Source of the DNA: a virus
DNA: 64,000 bases
IMG/VR virus record: IMGVR_UViG_3300032285_001177
Strand: one strand, 5' to 3'
In this document: one piece after another, positions 9,589-19,887 of the stretch
Position numbering within the stretch: the first letter of the stretch is position 1
How the letters are laid out: each line of letters begins with the position of its first letter
The notes under the pieces: model-generated
Told to the model about the DNA's origin: nothing
Database searches by the model: none
What the model saw: the letters and a program-made list of their open reading frames with translations, nothing else
Made by a program: the position numbers and the translations under genes

Positions 9589-10086
9589 TTATGCCTTGTC
9601 TGGAGAACCAGATAATGTTGTTGATGCACCTACACGGGTTGGATCATCATAAGCACCATAAATTTCGTTCTCAACTTTAGAGTAGAAACCTTCTTGTTTA
9701 TGAAGGACTAAAAATGTTGTAGCATTTGCTCCTGATGCGCCAGCATGTGTAATGAATATGGGTTTATTATTTTGCCCATTTTCTGTAAAACCATATTGGT
9801 TGAACTGTACAGCCGGAGAATTTTCTGGAGCTCCAGCAAATACAAGATGTCCTGTAGCACCGGTAGCTCCGCGTCTAATTGACATAGAAGAACCTAAAGT
9901 GCCTGAGCTGATTACAGTTGCAACATTGATTACTGGACCAGTTGCTCCAGCAGCACCTGTTGCACCTAATTGTTGATCAGCTGATACAAAATCAGTTAAA
10001 GCTATAGTGATAGTATCATTAGCTCCAGATACTGAAACAACAGCTTCTTTACTTGTATTCTTAATAATGTGGTAATCTAAGGCCAT
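9589..10086 (-). CDS. Conserved head-region virion protein carrying three GATG/GASG stretches
   Basis: 165 aa between the prohead core genes and gp21; contains LGATGAAGATG, RRGATGATGH and HAGASGA. Confidence 0.75.
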   Translation of the reverse strand: MALDYHIIKNTSKEAVVSVSGANDTITIALTDFVSADQQLGATGAAGATGPVINVATVISSGTLGSSMSIRRGATGATGHLVFAGAPENSPAVQFNQYGFTENGQNNKPIFITHAGASGANATTFLVLHKQEGFYSKVENEIYGAYDDPTRVGASTTLSGSPDKA

Positions 10087-10088
10087 TC

Positions 10089-10628
10089 TTATTCTCCGAT
10101 TTGTTTAAGCACATCGATAAAGTTTTCTTTACTTTCTCTCATATGCTCGATAACTTCTTGTTCGTCTTTAAATAGTTCTGCAAGTTTATCTTGCGTTGAC
10201 TCGTTGATAGCTATGATACTACCATCGGCCAACTTGTAATCTATCTTACCTTCAATAAGCTTATCTAACTTATTAAGGTTTCTAATCTCTAATACAACAG
10301 GGTCTACAGTAAAAAGTTTAGAGGAAGCAAGTTCTATGTATGACTCTATTAATGTATCAGTAACTTTAATATCATGATGCTCTTTAATTATATTCGCTAT
10401 CTTATTGTCTGGGATATCTTCGTATAATTCTGTCTTAACTTGTTCTTCTATAGTCTTCGTATATTGCTGTGTTTTAACGTATTGTCTTGCTTCCTCTAAA
10501 TCTGTAAAAGATGTTTTTTCACCATCGATAAGGATCTTACCGTTGGATGCTTGCTCAATGATATGACCATAAGATCTAACTTGAGCGGATGTGCCTCTGA
10601 TGGACTTAAGAAACTTACCATAGTACAT
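10089..10628 (-). CDS. Putative prohead core / internal head protein
   Basis: Position between gp20 and gp21; several (I/L)-x-E motifs compatible with gp21 cleavage. Confidence 0.6.
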   Translation of the reverse strand: MYYGKFLKSIRGTSAQVRSYGHIIEQASNGKILIDGEKTSFTDLEEARQYVKTQQYTKTIEEQVKTELYEDIPDNKIANIIKEHHDIKVTDTLIESYIELASSKLFTVDPVVLEIRNLNKLDKLIEGKIDYKLADGSIIAINESTQDKLAELFKDEQEVIEHMRESKENFIDVLKQIGE

Positions 10629-10900
10629 TATACTGGATTATCCTTTGTATAAGTTTTAGGACCACCTGGTTCTTGGTCACCAAACACACCTTCTTTTTTC
10701 ATTTTCTTTTTACTCTCATAAGCAACATTAACTTTCATTGCATCTGGAGTTGAACCACTTGGTTCAGACTTAAGATCGTCCATGCTGCAGGTTGGGTTAT
10801 ATGCAGATTCTTTTTTGCAGCCGCATTTAGCCGCCGCTTCTAATAGATCTGCGTCTAAGCCAAGGCTTGACACATTCATGTTGCTGAGAGGATTAAACAT
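10628..10900 (-). CDS. Hypothetical protein, possible internal head protein
   Basis: Coupled on both sides by TAATG overlaps within the head operon. Confidence 0.6.
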   Translation of the reverse strand: MFNPLSNMNVSSLGLDADLLEAAAKCGCKKESAYNPTCSMDDLKSEPSGSTPDAMKVNVAYESKKKMKKEGVFGDQEPGGPKTYTKDNPV

Positions 10901-11145
10901 TATTCAGTTTCAAATGGTTCTGCATCTTCAGCAGGCTCTTCAATTGGAGCTTCTTCAGCTTCATCACCAGGGCCAACTTCTTCAACGGCTTGTTCTGTAG
11001 CAAACATATTCTTAGCTACTGTAGCTCTCATATCTTCAAGTCTTGTACCGATACGGTTTGCCATCTCAGCATTGAATGCTGTATCGATAGCTTGTGCATC
11101 GCCTGTGCTGATAGCTGCGATTAAATCTTTTACGCCTTGTGACAT
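10900..11145 (-). CDS. Prohead core protein (gp67-like)
   Basis: Small acidic protein directly after the portal gene; DLIAAI..GD....AF..EM pattern with acidic tail. Confidence 0.7.
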   Translation of the reverse strand: MSQGVKDLIAAISTGDAQAIDTAFNAEMANRIGTRLEDMRATVAKNMFATEQAVEEVGPGDEAEEAPIEEPAEDAEPFETE

Positions 11146-12725
11146 TATACTTCTCCTTTAGGTTTATTAGATGATTGTGGTGGTGGTAAACCAGGAGGAT
11201 TGGGTCCTGCTCCCATACCGCCATCAACCGGCATTCCGCCTTGCATAGCCATCATAGCTTGCATTTGATCCGTCTCCGAATCCATTTGTTTCTGCATCTC
11301 TTCAATCTCTTCTTCAGATTGCTTGAGAACATTTCGTTTTACATACTCTAAACTATAGAACGTACCAATAAATGGTTGTAACATGTTTAAAGTATTAATC
11401 CTATTATTTAGGATCTCAGAATCTTTTAGTTCTGCAAAGTGGTTATCTTCTTGGAAATCGAATCGTATATCTTGTGCGATCGCATCCCACTCATCAGGCC
11501 TAATAATCTGTTTAGCAACTAGCTGTACTCTTAATGCTTCTGCAAACAATACCGAGAACTTGCGACGGATACGTTCAATGAACTTATTGAACTTAATCTC
11601 ATCACGGGTTATCTCATTTGTTCTACCAAGACTGAAACCTTGATCGGTCTTCATCCTTGATACTGGTACATTCAAGCATTGATACAACTTGTTTTGGAAG
11701 TAATTGATGTCTTCGATCTGACCTAGGTTCTGACCACCATTTAATGTAGTGATCTCAGTACCTTTACCGCCTTCTCTACGTGGCATCCAAAAGTCTTCCA
11801 TCATAGAGAGGTGTTTACGATCATCTCTGATCTCGCCAGTGTTGGCATCATAGACAACTTTGTTCCTATACTTATTCATAATATCATTGACGTATTGCTC
11901 AGCTTTAAGCTTTGGCAAGTTACCTACATCAATGTAAAAAATCCTACGTTCAGGTGCTCGTGATACTCTGTAGATAACAAGAGAATCTTCGATCATCTTT
12001 AATTGGTTTACAGGTTTGATCGCTTTATGTAAGTAACCTAACATAGTGTTAGAGTTAGCATCGATCAAGCCTGAAGGAGCATAGATTACCGAATCAATCG
12101 ATAACTTAACACCCTGACTTGTGTTCTCGTTGATACCCTTATCGTTGTAGATATAGAACTCTTCTATACCAATTACGACGTCGATACCTTTATCGTTCTT
12201 ACCTTTTTTGATATTCTTAATACGTCTGATCTTACGTGGATCAATGAAGCGTAGTTCTTGAATACCGTTCTTAATATTCTCGTTGTCAATAAGGATGTGA
12301 TAGTATAGTCTGCCGTCTACATACCATGACCTAAATATGTCGTGACCTCTGCTGTCAAACTTATAGAGCTTAAGGATTTCCTCAAACTCATCAGTGATCA
12401 TCTTCTTAACAGAACTAGACAACTTAACGTCATCTAATACTACTTCAACGATCTGCTCATTGTTATTAGCAACGATAGCTTCGTTAACGATGTCTTCTAC
12501 AGCATTGTCACAATCACCGTACTGAGATATCTCTCTGTATCGGCGGATTAAATCATTCTCATTCTTGATAACACCCTCAAGGTCTACAGTCATGCCATAA
12601 TAGGCTGCTGCAGCTCCAAGAGTGGAGATTACCGTCGAGCCGTCATCCGGCGCAGGGGTTACAACTTCTGTTCCCTGCTGCCTTTTGACCTTTTTCTTTG
12701 CTATCTCGAAACCAAAAATTTCCAT
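11145..12725 (-). CDS. gp20: Portal vertex protein (T4 gp20)
   Basis: FGF N-terminus, WYVDGR, YLHKAIKPVNQLKMIEDSLVIYR.SRAPERRIFYIDVGNLP, EDFWMPRREGGKGTEITTL. Confidence 0.98.
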   Translation of the reverse strand: MEIFGFEIAKKKVKRQQGTEVVTPAPDDGSTVISTLGAAAAYYGMTVDLEGVIKNENDLIRRYREISQYGDCDNAVEDIVNEAIVANNNEQIVEVVLDDVKLSSSVKKMITDEFEEILKLYKFDSRGHDIFRSWYVDGRLYYHILIDNENIKNGIQELRFIDPRKIRRIKNIKKGKNDKGIDVVIGIEEFYIYNDKGINENTSQGVKLSIDSVIYAPSGLIDANSNTMLGYLHKAIKPVNQLKMIEDSLVIYRVSRAPERRIFYIDVGNLPKLKAEQYVNDIMNKYRNKVVYDANTGEIRDDRKHLSMMEDFWMPRREGGKGTEITTLNGGQNLGQIEDINYFQNKLYQCLNVPVSRMKTDQGFSLGRTNEITRDEIKFNKFIERIRRKFSVLFAEALRVQLVAKQIIRPDEWDAIAQDIRFDFQEDNHFAELKDSEILNNRINTLNMLQPFIGTFYSLEYVKRNVLKQSEEEIEEMQKQMDSETDQMQAMMAMQGGMPVDGGMGAGPNPPGLPPPQSSNKPKGEV

Positions 12726-12758
12726 TATATAACCCCTATAATATTAACCCAAACCAAC

Positions 12759-13355
12759 TTAGATGTTGATTGGGAATGAACCTAATGGAGTATTAACTGT
12801 TGTAGTTACTCCAAAGTTCGAACCAGCTGTACTTGTATCTGATGTCCAGTAGTTGTAAACAAACTCACACTCAAAGATTTCAATTTGGTTAACTGTATCG
12901 TAGTCAACAGCGATTGGACCAACTGTAACTGGATAAGCGTCATGGAACTTATAAGCCTTGACAACTGCACCATTACGATCTAGTTGGAATACTTGTAGAT
13001 CCACTTGGTAATCACGCGGATTAGTACGACCGTTTGTTTGACTATTGTTTTGAATACCATCTGACCATTTTTCCATCGCATTACGGATGTTAAATGTTGT
13101 GTCATTGTAGACTGATACAGTCCATGGTTGGAATACCTTTTCACCCGCAAAGTTAACAGCGCGACCACGGTATTGGATAGGCATGTTCTCAATGTTTGCA
13201 GCTGGCAATGAAGCAGCTTTACATAAGAACTGTGATTGCAATCCAATGGCAGGTCCACCAACAACAAATGAAGGGAATGTTAATTGCACTTGGAACTGGT
13301 TGGCGCGTGCTCCGCCACCAACTAGTTGTGCTTTAAAATCGCTAATGTTTGCCAT
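12759..13355 (-). CDS. gp19: Tail tube protein (T4 gp19)
   Basis: GGGARANQF, FLCKAASLP, YRGR...AGE, WTVSVYND, QLDRNG motifs. Confidence 0.96.
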   Translation of the reverse strand: MANISDFKAQLVGGGARANQFQVQLTFPSFVVGGPAIGLQSQFLCKAASLPAANIENMPIQYRGRAVNFAGEKVFQPWTVSVYNDTTFNIRNAMEKWSDGIQNNSQTNGRTNPRDYQVDLQVFQLDRNGAVVKAYKFHDAYPVTVGPIAVDYDTVNQIEIFECEFVYNYWTSDTSTAGSNFGVTTTVNTPLGSFPINI

Positions 13356-13380
13356 ATTTTATCCTTTATTTTTCCTTTAT

Positions 13381-13388
13381 TATTTATA
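13381..13388 (-). promoter_or_regulatory. T4 late promoter for gp19
   Basis: Exact intergenic TATAAATA. Confidence 0.88.
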
Positions 13389-13390
13389 TG

Positions 13391-15379
13391 CTATGCACCA
13401 ATTTCACTGAACGCTACTGAAGATCTAGCAGCAACAAAGTTCAATGTAATGAAGTTGATGGAGCGGTTAGGTTTAATATAGATATCGGCAACAAACTCGT
13501 TACGATCGATTACTTCACCTGTATTGTTTGTATCATCACAAACTACACGGAAGTCTGTAACACCGCGTCTACCTTGTACATCTCTTAAGAACGGCTCTAC
13601 TAAATTCTTGAACTGAGCTCTTGTGAATGCATCGTTAAATTCAAATAATTGATATTTAGATGCTGTAGCAATTGCTTTTTCAAGTACAATGAATAGTCTA
13701 CGTACGTTGATACGATCAAATGCGCTAGGTTTAGCAAGCAATGTCTTATCACCGAAGAGAACTGTACCTTGACCTGGGAAGTTAACAACTGGGTTAACAC
13801 CACCTTTATAAAGGTTATCACGTTCTGTTTTACCTGGATTAACAGCAAGCTTAACAACGTTCTTGATTTGACCACGGTTTAGACCAGCTGGTGACCACCA
13901 TGGATCATTTGTGTAATCTGTACGAGCAGATAAACCAGCAACGTCACCGTTGAGTGGAACCCAACGATACTTATCGTTGTATCTGTCATATTGATACTTA
14001 AAGCCAGAATCTAACACAGCGTATGATGAGCTAGGTAATGCTTGACGGTATGTCAAGATAGCATTAGTTGCATCTGAACCAGAACCGATGATGATATCAC
14101 CTGTTGAGTTATTTTGTGGAGATGCAAACACTACGCAATCAAGTCTTTCTTCAGCTACGTTGTTGATAACGTATGTAGCTACAGTTGAAGATACTTTACC
14201 TAGTGGGATCAATGAAACATCATATTGTTCTGCGTTAGCAAACAATGCGTATGCATTCATTAGTTGACCATCTGTTGGGTTTAAGTCATCAACACCACCT
14301 GATAGTGATTTTGTAACAGCATCTTGAAGATCTTTAAATGCAACACCCGCTGCAGCTTGACCCCAAGCTTGACCGCTTGAACCTTGGCCATGAACTGTTG
14401 AAACTACTGATGTTGTATGATCCATCCACCAGATATATTTAGATTGTGAGTTGATCACATCTTTATAGTAGTTGTTTGTACCATCTGATTTTTTAGCGTC
14501 TGAAGCTTTTGAAACAAAAGCAAATTTTTCTAATACTGTACCAGCAGTGCCAGACCATGTACCGTCTTCGTCGATAACTAATACATGTAGTTCATCGTTT
14601 GAACCAGCAACACCAGCTGCATAAGTTGAAGTACCTGGAGCAGAGTCAAACTCAGCTTCGTAGATACCTTTTGATTCGCCTGATGGGATACCGCCCCAAC
14701 CAGCATACTTTGTTGAGTCAGCCATAGAAACTTTTAATCCGTTACCTAAAGCACCTGGGTATTTAGCAGCCCATTCACCAACAACACCTTCGCCATGAGC
14801 GTATGATGCAGAGTATACATCAAAGTTGTTGATCTTGATACCTGAAGTAGTGATAGCTGAATGTGCTGTAGCACGTGTACCAGATGAAGTAGCGATAGTA
14901 ACTGTTGGTGCAGCTGTATAACCTGTACCTGGATTATCGATAACGATATGATCTACGCCATCTGAAACTAATACTGCATGAGCTGTAGCTTGGATACCAC
15001 CAGTAACGTTTGGTGCACCGATTTGTACTGAAGGAGCAGTTACATATGAGTCACCATGTAAGTCCATAGTGATACTAGTTACTGTACCTGTTTGTGTAAC
15101 CACTGCGTTTCTGTTGCCGTTTGTATCAGCACGAACTGTCAATAGGTTATTTGTATATGCAAGGAAATTTGCTGCAGTGAAGAATGATTGTGCTGTTGCA
15201 TCTGTTGGTTTGCCAAAACGTTGGACCAAAACAACTTCTGATGAAATAGTAACAGGATCAAGTACTGGACCCCATGTGAACGCACCGGCAAAAGCACCAG
15301 CAGATGTTGAAACCGCTGGAATGATACCTGAAAAGTCTTTCTCGACTACCGCAACTCCTGGAGATAATTGGAACGGCAT
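13391..15379 (-). CDS. gp18: Tail sheath protein (T4 gp18)
   Basis: LSPGV.V.E.D, AANFLAY, WWSPAGLNRG, GDKT, FDRINVRRLF, IKPNRSINFITLNF. Confidence 0.98.
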   Translation of the reverse strand: MPFQLSPGVAVVEKDFSGIIPAVSTSAGAFAGAFTWGPVLDPVTISSEVVLVQRFGKPTDATAQSFFTAANFLAYTNNLLTVRADTNGNRNAVVTQTGTVTSITMDLHGDSYVTAPSVQIGAPNVTGGIQATAHAVLVSDGVDHIVIDNPGTGYTAAPTVTIATSSGTRATAHSAITTSGIKINNFDVYSASYAHGEGVVGEWAAKYPGALGNGLKVSMADSTKYAGWGGIPSGESKGIYEAEFDSAPGTSTYAAGVAGSNDELHVLVIDEDGTWSGTAGTVLEKFAFVSKASDAKKSDGTNNYYKDVINSQSKYIWWMDHTTSVVSTVHGQGSSGQAWGQAAAGVAFKDLQDAVTKSLSGGVDDLNPTDGQLMNAYALFANAEQYDVSLIPLGKVSSTVATYVINNVAEERLDCVVFASPQNNSTGDIIIGSGSDATNAILTYRQALPSSSYAVLDSGFKYQYDRYNDKYRWVPLNGDVAGLSARTDYTNDPWWSPAGLNRGQIKNVVKLAVNPGKTERDNLYKGGVNPVVNFPGQGTVLFGDKTLLAKPSAFDRINVRRLFIVLEKAIATASKYQLFEFNDAFTRAQFKNLVEPFLRDVQGRRGVTDFRVVCDDTNNTGEVIDRNEFVADIYIKPNRSINFITLNFVAARSSVAFSEIGA

Positions 15380-15442
15380 TTTTGTTTCTCCTTAAATTAT
15401 GTGTTTTTTATGATATAAGTTCTAGAGTCACCTCTATACCTA

Positions 15443-15450
15443 TATTTATA
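15443..15450 (-). promoter_or_regulatory. T4 late promoter for gp18
   Basis: Exact intergenic TATAAATA. Confidence 0.88.
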
Positions 15451-15454
15451 AGTT

Positions 15455-17041
15455 CTAAAAATTCAATAGGACCTGAGAGTCCTGCATACCCTGTCCATCA
15501 TCATAGAATCCAAAGGGGGTAAGCTCATCTTCTATCTGTTTAATACGATTCTCATACATTATCTCTCTCATGTTTATATTATTGAGTTCTTTAAAGTATG
15601 GGTTTGTTGTCAACCAACTAAATAACACTAATGTCATAACCAAGTCATCATGATAACCTTCATCAGCTTCGTATGAGCCTTTATTGTTCTCGATGAAGGT
15701 TGAGATCTCAGCAATGGTGTCTATGTCCTGTACAAGCAACTTATTCTCTTCCACCAGAGACTTGAAATTCATACAACCAATTCGTTTTACTTTCTTATCA
15801 GTATTTACCCCTAGCTGAGTTTTACCTCCACCAAAGCCACCTGATACTACCTGACCGTCCACGCCTCTATTGACAAACAATAGGTTATCATATTCCATCT
15901 CACCGTATAAGATCATGGCAACTTGCTCTGAGGAGTTAACCTCTAACAATACGTATGCTTTATTATATTCTGTTGCTACTTTATATATGACTGATGGGAA
16001 TAGCATAGGACTAATACTGTTGTCTCTATACTTTGCCACCTGTCTGTATGGTGCAGCTGTTACATCTATGATAGAAAAGGCTGAGAAGTCTCCTCCCACA
16101 CCCTTTGCAGTATCTGCAACTAGCACATAACTGTGATCCTTAACCGGTCTTTCATACACATCAAGGCCATCCTTACTATGTATAATGAAGCCCGCAGACA
16201 TCCTCCCGATCACATCCGCACGCACCAGAGTGAGTGCAGAACCAAGGAAGTTACACATAACCTCTTGGTTGTATTTTAGTTCACCAAGCTGTCTCCTTTG
16301 TTCCTCTGCCCATTTTTCATTCCTACCTGGGATAGAAGTATATGGTATAAACAATGGAACGAAGTCGTTACGTTTATTCTCAGCATCGTTCCAAAACTTC
16401 CAAAAGTGGTTGTAACCCAACGGAGTGGAACTTAATAAGATCTTTGTCGTTTCACCCGCAGATATCGTAGGATAAACTGAAGTGAAGAAGTCTTCTGCTA
16501 CGTTATTAGGTATGATCGCAGCTTCGTCGACATATAGCATGTTAACAGATTTACCGCGGATACCAGATGCAGACGTTGCTGCTGTGAATACTTTAGAATT
16601 ATTCTCAAGCTCGATGTCACCTTTATTCCAAGTAGTTACACCTTGTTGTAACCAGATTGGAAGGTTCTCATACATTAACTGATACCTGTATAAGACCTCA
16701 CGGGCGGCGGTGGCTTTGTTTGCCAAGATCGCGACTTGTTTCGATTCTTGAAATAGGGTATACCATAAAATATATGCTGCACTAGTTGTCGTCTTACCTT
16801 GTTGACGACCTTCCATAAGGATAACTTTTCTATTCTCATGTATTACCTTCACCTTTTCCTTTTGGCACTCATACAACTTAAAGTCTATAAGACCATGGTC
16901 TAGTGATATGATCTTACAGTAGTTCTCAATAAAATAGATTGGATCAGCAGCACACTTCATGTACTCTTTAACTTGATCCTCAGTAAAAGGTATGTTTACA
17001 CCGGCTGCCTTTAACTGACTATTGGCATTATAGTTCTTCAT
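15455..17041 (-). CDS. gp17: Terminase large subunit (T4 gp17)
   Basis: GRQQGKTT Walker A, YVDEAA Walker B, SSTPLG, HDDLVM nuclease motif. Start reassigned to ATG 17041 (MKNYNAN), which overlaps the gp15 stop (TAATG). Confidence 0.97.
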   Translation of the reverse strand: MKNYNANSQLKAAGVNIPFTEDQVKEYMKCAADPIYFIENYCKIISLDHGLIDFKLYECQKEKVKVIHENRKVILMEGRQQGKTTTSAAYILWYTLFQESKQVAILANKATAAREVLYRYQLMYENLPIWLQQGVTTWNKGDIELENNSKVFTAATSASGIRGKSVNMLYVDEAAIIPNNVAEDFFTSVYPTISAGETTKILLSSTPLGYNHFWKFWNDAENKRNDFVPLFIPYTSIPGRNEKWAEEQRRQLGELKYNQEVMCNFLGSALTLVRADVIGRMSAGFIIHSKDGLDVYERPVKDHSYVLVADTAKGVGGDFSAFSIIDVTAAPYRQVAKYRDNSISPMLFPSVIYKVATEYNKAYVLLEVNSSEQVAMILYGEMEYDNLLFVNRGVDGQVVSGGFGGGKTQLGVNTDKKVKRIGCMNFKSLVEENKLLVQDIDTIAEISTFIENNKGSYEADEGYHDDLVMTLVLFSWLTTNPYFKELNNINMREIMYENRIKQIEDELTPFGFYDDGQGMQDSQVLLNF

Positions 17042-17772
17042 TAGAACTGAGCTTCCCAATTCTCTGTAACTGGATCAGCTATACCACCTGTTGCTGTGGC
17101 AGTATACTTCCTACCAGGAATTGATATATTTGCATTTGTAGTAAGGATAACACCGTTCTCTGACACTGGCCCGTATATGTTTGTCTTAAGCGTGAACGTA
17201 AGTGTATGTACTACGAATCGTCTTTCTTGGAAAGATCCATCATAGTTGTCTTCTACAGTAATAGAGTTTAAGATAACTGGGATATCCTGTACTATCTCCA
17301 TCTCTGGAACTGCATTGATTGATAGTGTATATTCTGGGTTGAAGATCGGTAAGATCTGTTCTACGATCTGCATCGCATCTTCTTGTGTTTTTGTTAGTAC
17401 ATATAAACTGATGTCGATATTATATGGAGCTGGAGCAAACACTGTCTTTGCTGTAGGACTTGCATTAGTTGTTGCATCTTTACATGTAATCTGGTTCATC
17501 TTGTTTGTCTTACGTGATGAATCATAATGATATCCAGTTATCTCAAATGATAACCTTGGTAGAGATGTGTATACGTTGTTTGTTAATGTTGGGTCTGAAT
17601 CAACACGTACCAACCATTTTTCTTTTGGAGCATAAGCAAGAGGCACTGCAACTGTTTGAGCAACATTTCCATCATTGCCTTGTCTAGCTATCTTGATGTC
17701 AGAGAATAAACGACCAAAGGCAATGATCGTCTTTCTAATAGCTCCGTGGTAATAGGTTTGTCCGTTAAGCAT
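17041..17772 (-). CDS. gp15: Tail sheath stabilizer / completion protein (T4 gp15)
   Basis: YHGAIRKTIIAFG.LF, VPLAYAPKEK, LPRLSFE, QIVEQILP.F.P. Confidence 0.95.
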   Translation of the reverse strand: MLNGQTYYHGAIRKTIIAFGRLFSDIKIARQGNDGNVAQTVAVPLAYAPKEKWLVRVDSDPTLTNNVYTSLPRLSFEITGYHYDSSRKTNKMNQITCKDATTNASPTAKTVFAPAPYNIDISLYVLTKTQEDAMQIVEQILPIFNPEYTLSINAVPEMEIVQDIPVILNSITVEDNYDGSFQERRFVVHTLTFTLKTNIYGPVSENGVILTTNANISIPGRKYTATATGGIADPVTENWEAQF

Positions 17773-18848
17773 TATGGTGCCTTATGATATGTTGAGAGTT
17801 CACCAAATGGGTTGCTCTCATTGAATATAACAGATTCAGCTTCTTCTTTAAACTTATTGTTATCGCCGAATGAGTTACCTTGATTGTCAAGGTTAGATAT
17901 GATTGCTGTAGCTACACATCCATTTGGATATCCACCACCTGCAACAACTACTAAAGGCGGTTTTGTATAACCAGATCCTGCATTGTCCACTGATATCTTA
18001 ACAACTTGACCAGATGATATTGGTTCATCACCAAGATATGCTGTAGCTGTGGCTCTATAGCCAAAGAATTGTAATGTTGCTGTACCATTTACTGCAATAC
18101 TACCAGTATGAGTAGGACCATTTGCGCCCGTAATACCCGCGATCGTACAGATATATCTACGACCTCCAAAGCAGGCTTCATCCCCAACTGCGATAGCAGT
18201 ATTAGCAATCCAATCAGATCCGATAGTTACAGCTGGCGCAGTTGCATATCCGCCACCATGATACTGGATATTGAAACCTGTAACTGTACCGTTCGGCACT
18301 TTATCCACATCAAAAGTCTTGAGTGACTCGAACGTATCGATCTCTTTGATACCTGTTTGGATATGCTCTGAAGCATATTGGAATAATTCAACTTGTAGTT
18401 TGTAAACGTATAGTTTACCAGCCTGATAGAATGGGTCTTGATGTGTAACGAACTTGATCTCAAACAATCCACCAGTTAGCGGGAAGTATAATAGATCACC
18501 TTCAGCAGGTCTATTTGGTAATATGGATAAGCCATGTTGACCAACGAGTTGTTCCCATTTACGGCGAGCTACTGTAAGCGTAGCACTTTGTTCCATCATG
18601 AGGCCAAACTTTTGAATGAATGCGCCTTGACCCTCAAAGCCATCATGTGTTTCTAGGTACATCTCAATGCCATAAGCATACTTAAACTTAGATAGACGGT
18701 CTTCACCTAAGATCTCATCTTTGCCAACTAATGTACGTGGGATATAATAGAAGTCTTGACCGTAGATCGAGATAGACTCTACTATGATGTCCTCATAGAG
18801 CAATTGCTCGGATCTTACTCCGTTTGAAAAGTATACTGAACGAGCCAT
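17772..18848 (-). CDS. gp14: Neck protein (T4 gp14) with inserted decoration domains
   Basis: EQ.LYEDI..ESI.IYG, GED..SKF, RP.EGDL.YFP, FE(S)NPFG ending. Confidence 0.93.
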   Translation of the reverse strand: MARSVYFSNGVRSEQLLYEDIIVESISIYGQDFYYIPRTLVGKDEILGEDRLSKFKYAYGIEMYLETHDGFEGQGAFIQKFGLMMEQSATLTVARRKWEQLVGQHGLSILPNRPAEGDLLYFPLTGGLFEIKFVTHQDPFYQAGKLYVYKLQVELFQYASEHIQTGIKEIDTFESLKTFDVDKVPNGTVTGFNIQYHGGGYATAPAVTIGSDWIANTAIAVGDEACFGGRRYICTIAGITGANGPTHTGSIAVNGTATLQFFGYRATATAYLGDEPISSGQVVKISVDNAGSGYTKPPLVVVAGGGYPNGCVATAIISNLDNQGNSFGDNNKFKEEAESVIFNESNPFGELSTYHKAP

Positions 18849-18849
18849 G

Positions 18850-19863
18850 TTATCCTAAGAAGAATTCGAGAGGCGCTGCTTTGTTTAGCATCTCGTCTTG
18901 TAATTCTTTTATCTCTGTAATAGCTTCAGCGTATAGCTTATCTCCATCGATAGTTACGCCACCTGGTAGTTGGATTCCTTGGAACTTCTTGATATTTGTA
19001 GCCCATTGACGTTTAAACAATGCTGTCACATAGTGTCTAAACCATGGTTCATTCCATACTTTAGAGAATGTTGTAGGATCTAATGCTCTATAGCATTCAA
19101 CCAATATAAAGTCACCCATAGTGAGAGCTGCATCCCAATTGATATCAAGACTCAATCTACCCATCATACGGTTAAACCTATATAGAGGATATCCATTAAG
19201 TTCAAGATTAAGCAGAGAGATATGTTGCATAACCGTCTTATAGTAGATCAATGACGTTGAAGTCAAGTCATATAAGTCGTTAAGTCTTAGTTGGTATTGT
19301 AAGTCAAAGAGGTTCTTTGAGCTGGATGCTGCTGAGAATGGGATAACTCTTGTTACGCCATAGATGTAATCAGGAATAGGGAAATACTTAAGGTCGTATG
19401 TACCTAACGTTACGCCATCCGCATGGACAACTGCTGTAGCACCATTATCACCAGTAATAGTTTCACCTGGGATAAATGCAGCAGATGTTGTAGAGTTAAA
19501 CACATGGTGTTGGATAGTCTGTTCATTTGCAATAGTTACACTCTTACATATGATGATGTTCTCAACTGCGGCCCTTCCGCTTTCACCACACACGACAGCT
19601 GTAGCACCAGAAGTGGAGCCAGTTATCTTTGTACTTTGTGGGAAGTCTGCTGAGTTTGTGCCTACGATCTTAATGGTAGAAGCTGTAATCTTTTGTTTAA
19701 GATACATGCGTTCTGCACCATCAAAGTGATATTGGTTCCAATAGTCGAGAGCTTCATCGATACGCTCCTCTAATTGAGAGTCATCAACGTTGATCTCAAC
19801 TACTGGTTCACCCAAGGCCCTAAGGCAATATTCTGTTAATCCTGCTCTACTTGTAACGGCCAT
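18850..19863 (-). CDS. gp13: Neck protein (T4 gp13) with insertion
   Basis: YCLRALGEPVVEINVDD.Q..ERIDEAL, YHFDG, YVTALFKRQW..N..KF.G.QLPGGVT. Confidence 0.94.
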   Translation of the reverse strand: MAVTSRAGLTEYCLRALGEPVVEINVDDSQLEERIDEALDYWNQYHFDGAERMYLKQKITASTIKIVGTNSADFPQSTKITGSTSGATAVVCGESGRAAVENIIICKSVTIANEQTIQHHVFNSTTSAAFIPGETITGDNGATAVVHADGVTLGTYDLKYFPIPDYIYGVTRVIPFSAASSSKNLFDLQYQLRLNDLYDLTSTSLIYYKTVMQHISLLNLELNGYPLYRFNRMMGRLSLDINWDAALTMGDFILVECYRALDPTTFSKVWNEPWFRHYVTALFKRQWATNIKKFQGIQLPGGVTIDGDKLYAEAITEIKELQDEMLNKAAPLEFFLG

Positions 19864-19887
19864 TTTGTGTTCCTAGTTATATTATAC

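Noticed and set aside
5365-17059. Longer ORF-track starts for uvsW (5391), gp23 (7907), gp21 (9629) and gp17 (17059)
   Set aside because: They overlap upstream genes. Downstream ATGs with an SD or TAATG coupling match the family N-termini better.
1-19863. Introns, inteins or homing endonucleases in core genes; tRNA genes
   Set aside because: Core genes have ordinary lengths and uninterrupted frames, intergenic gaps are short, and no cloverleaf was seen.
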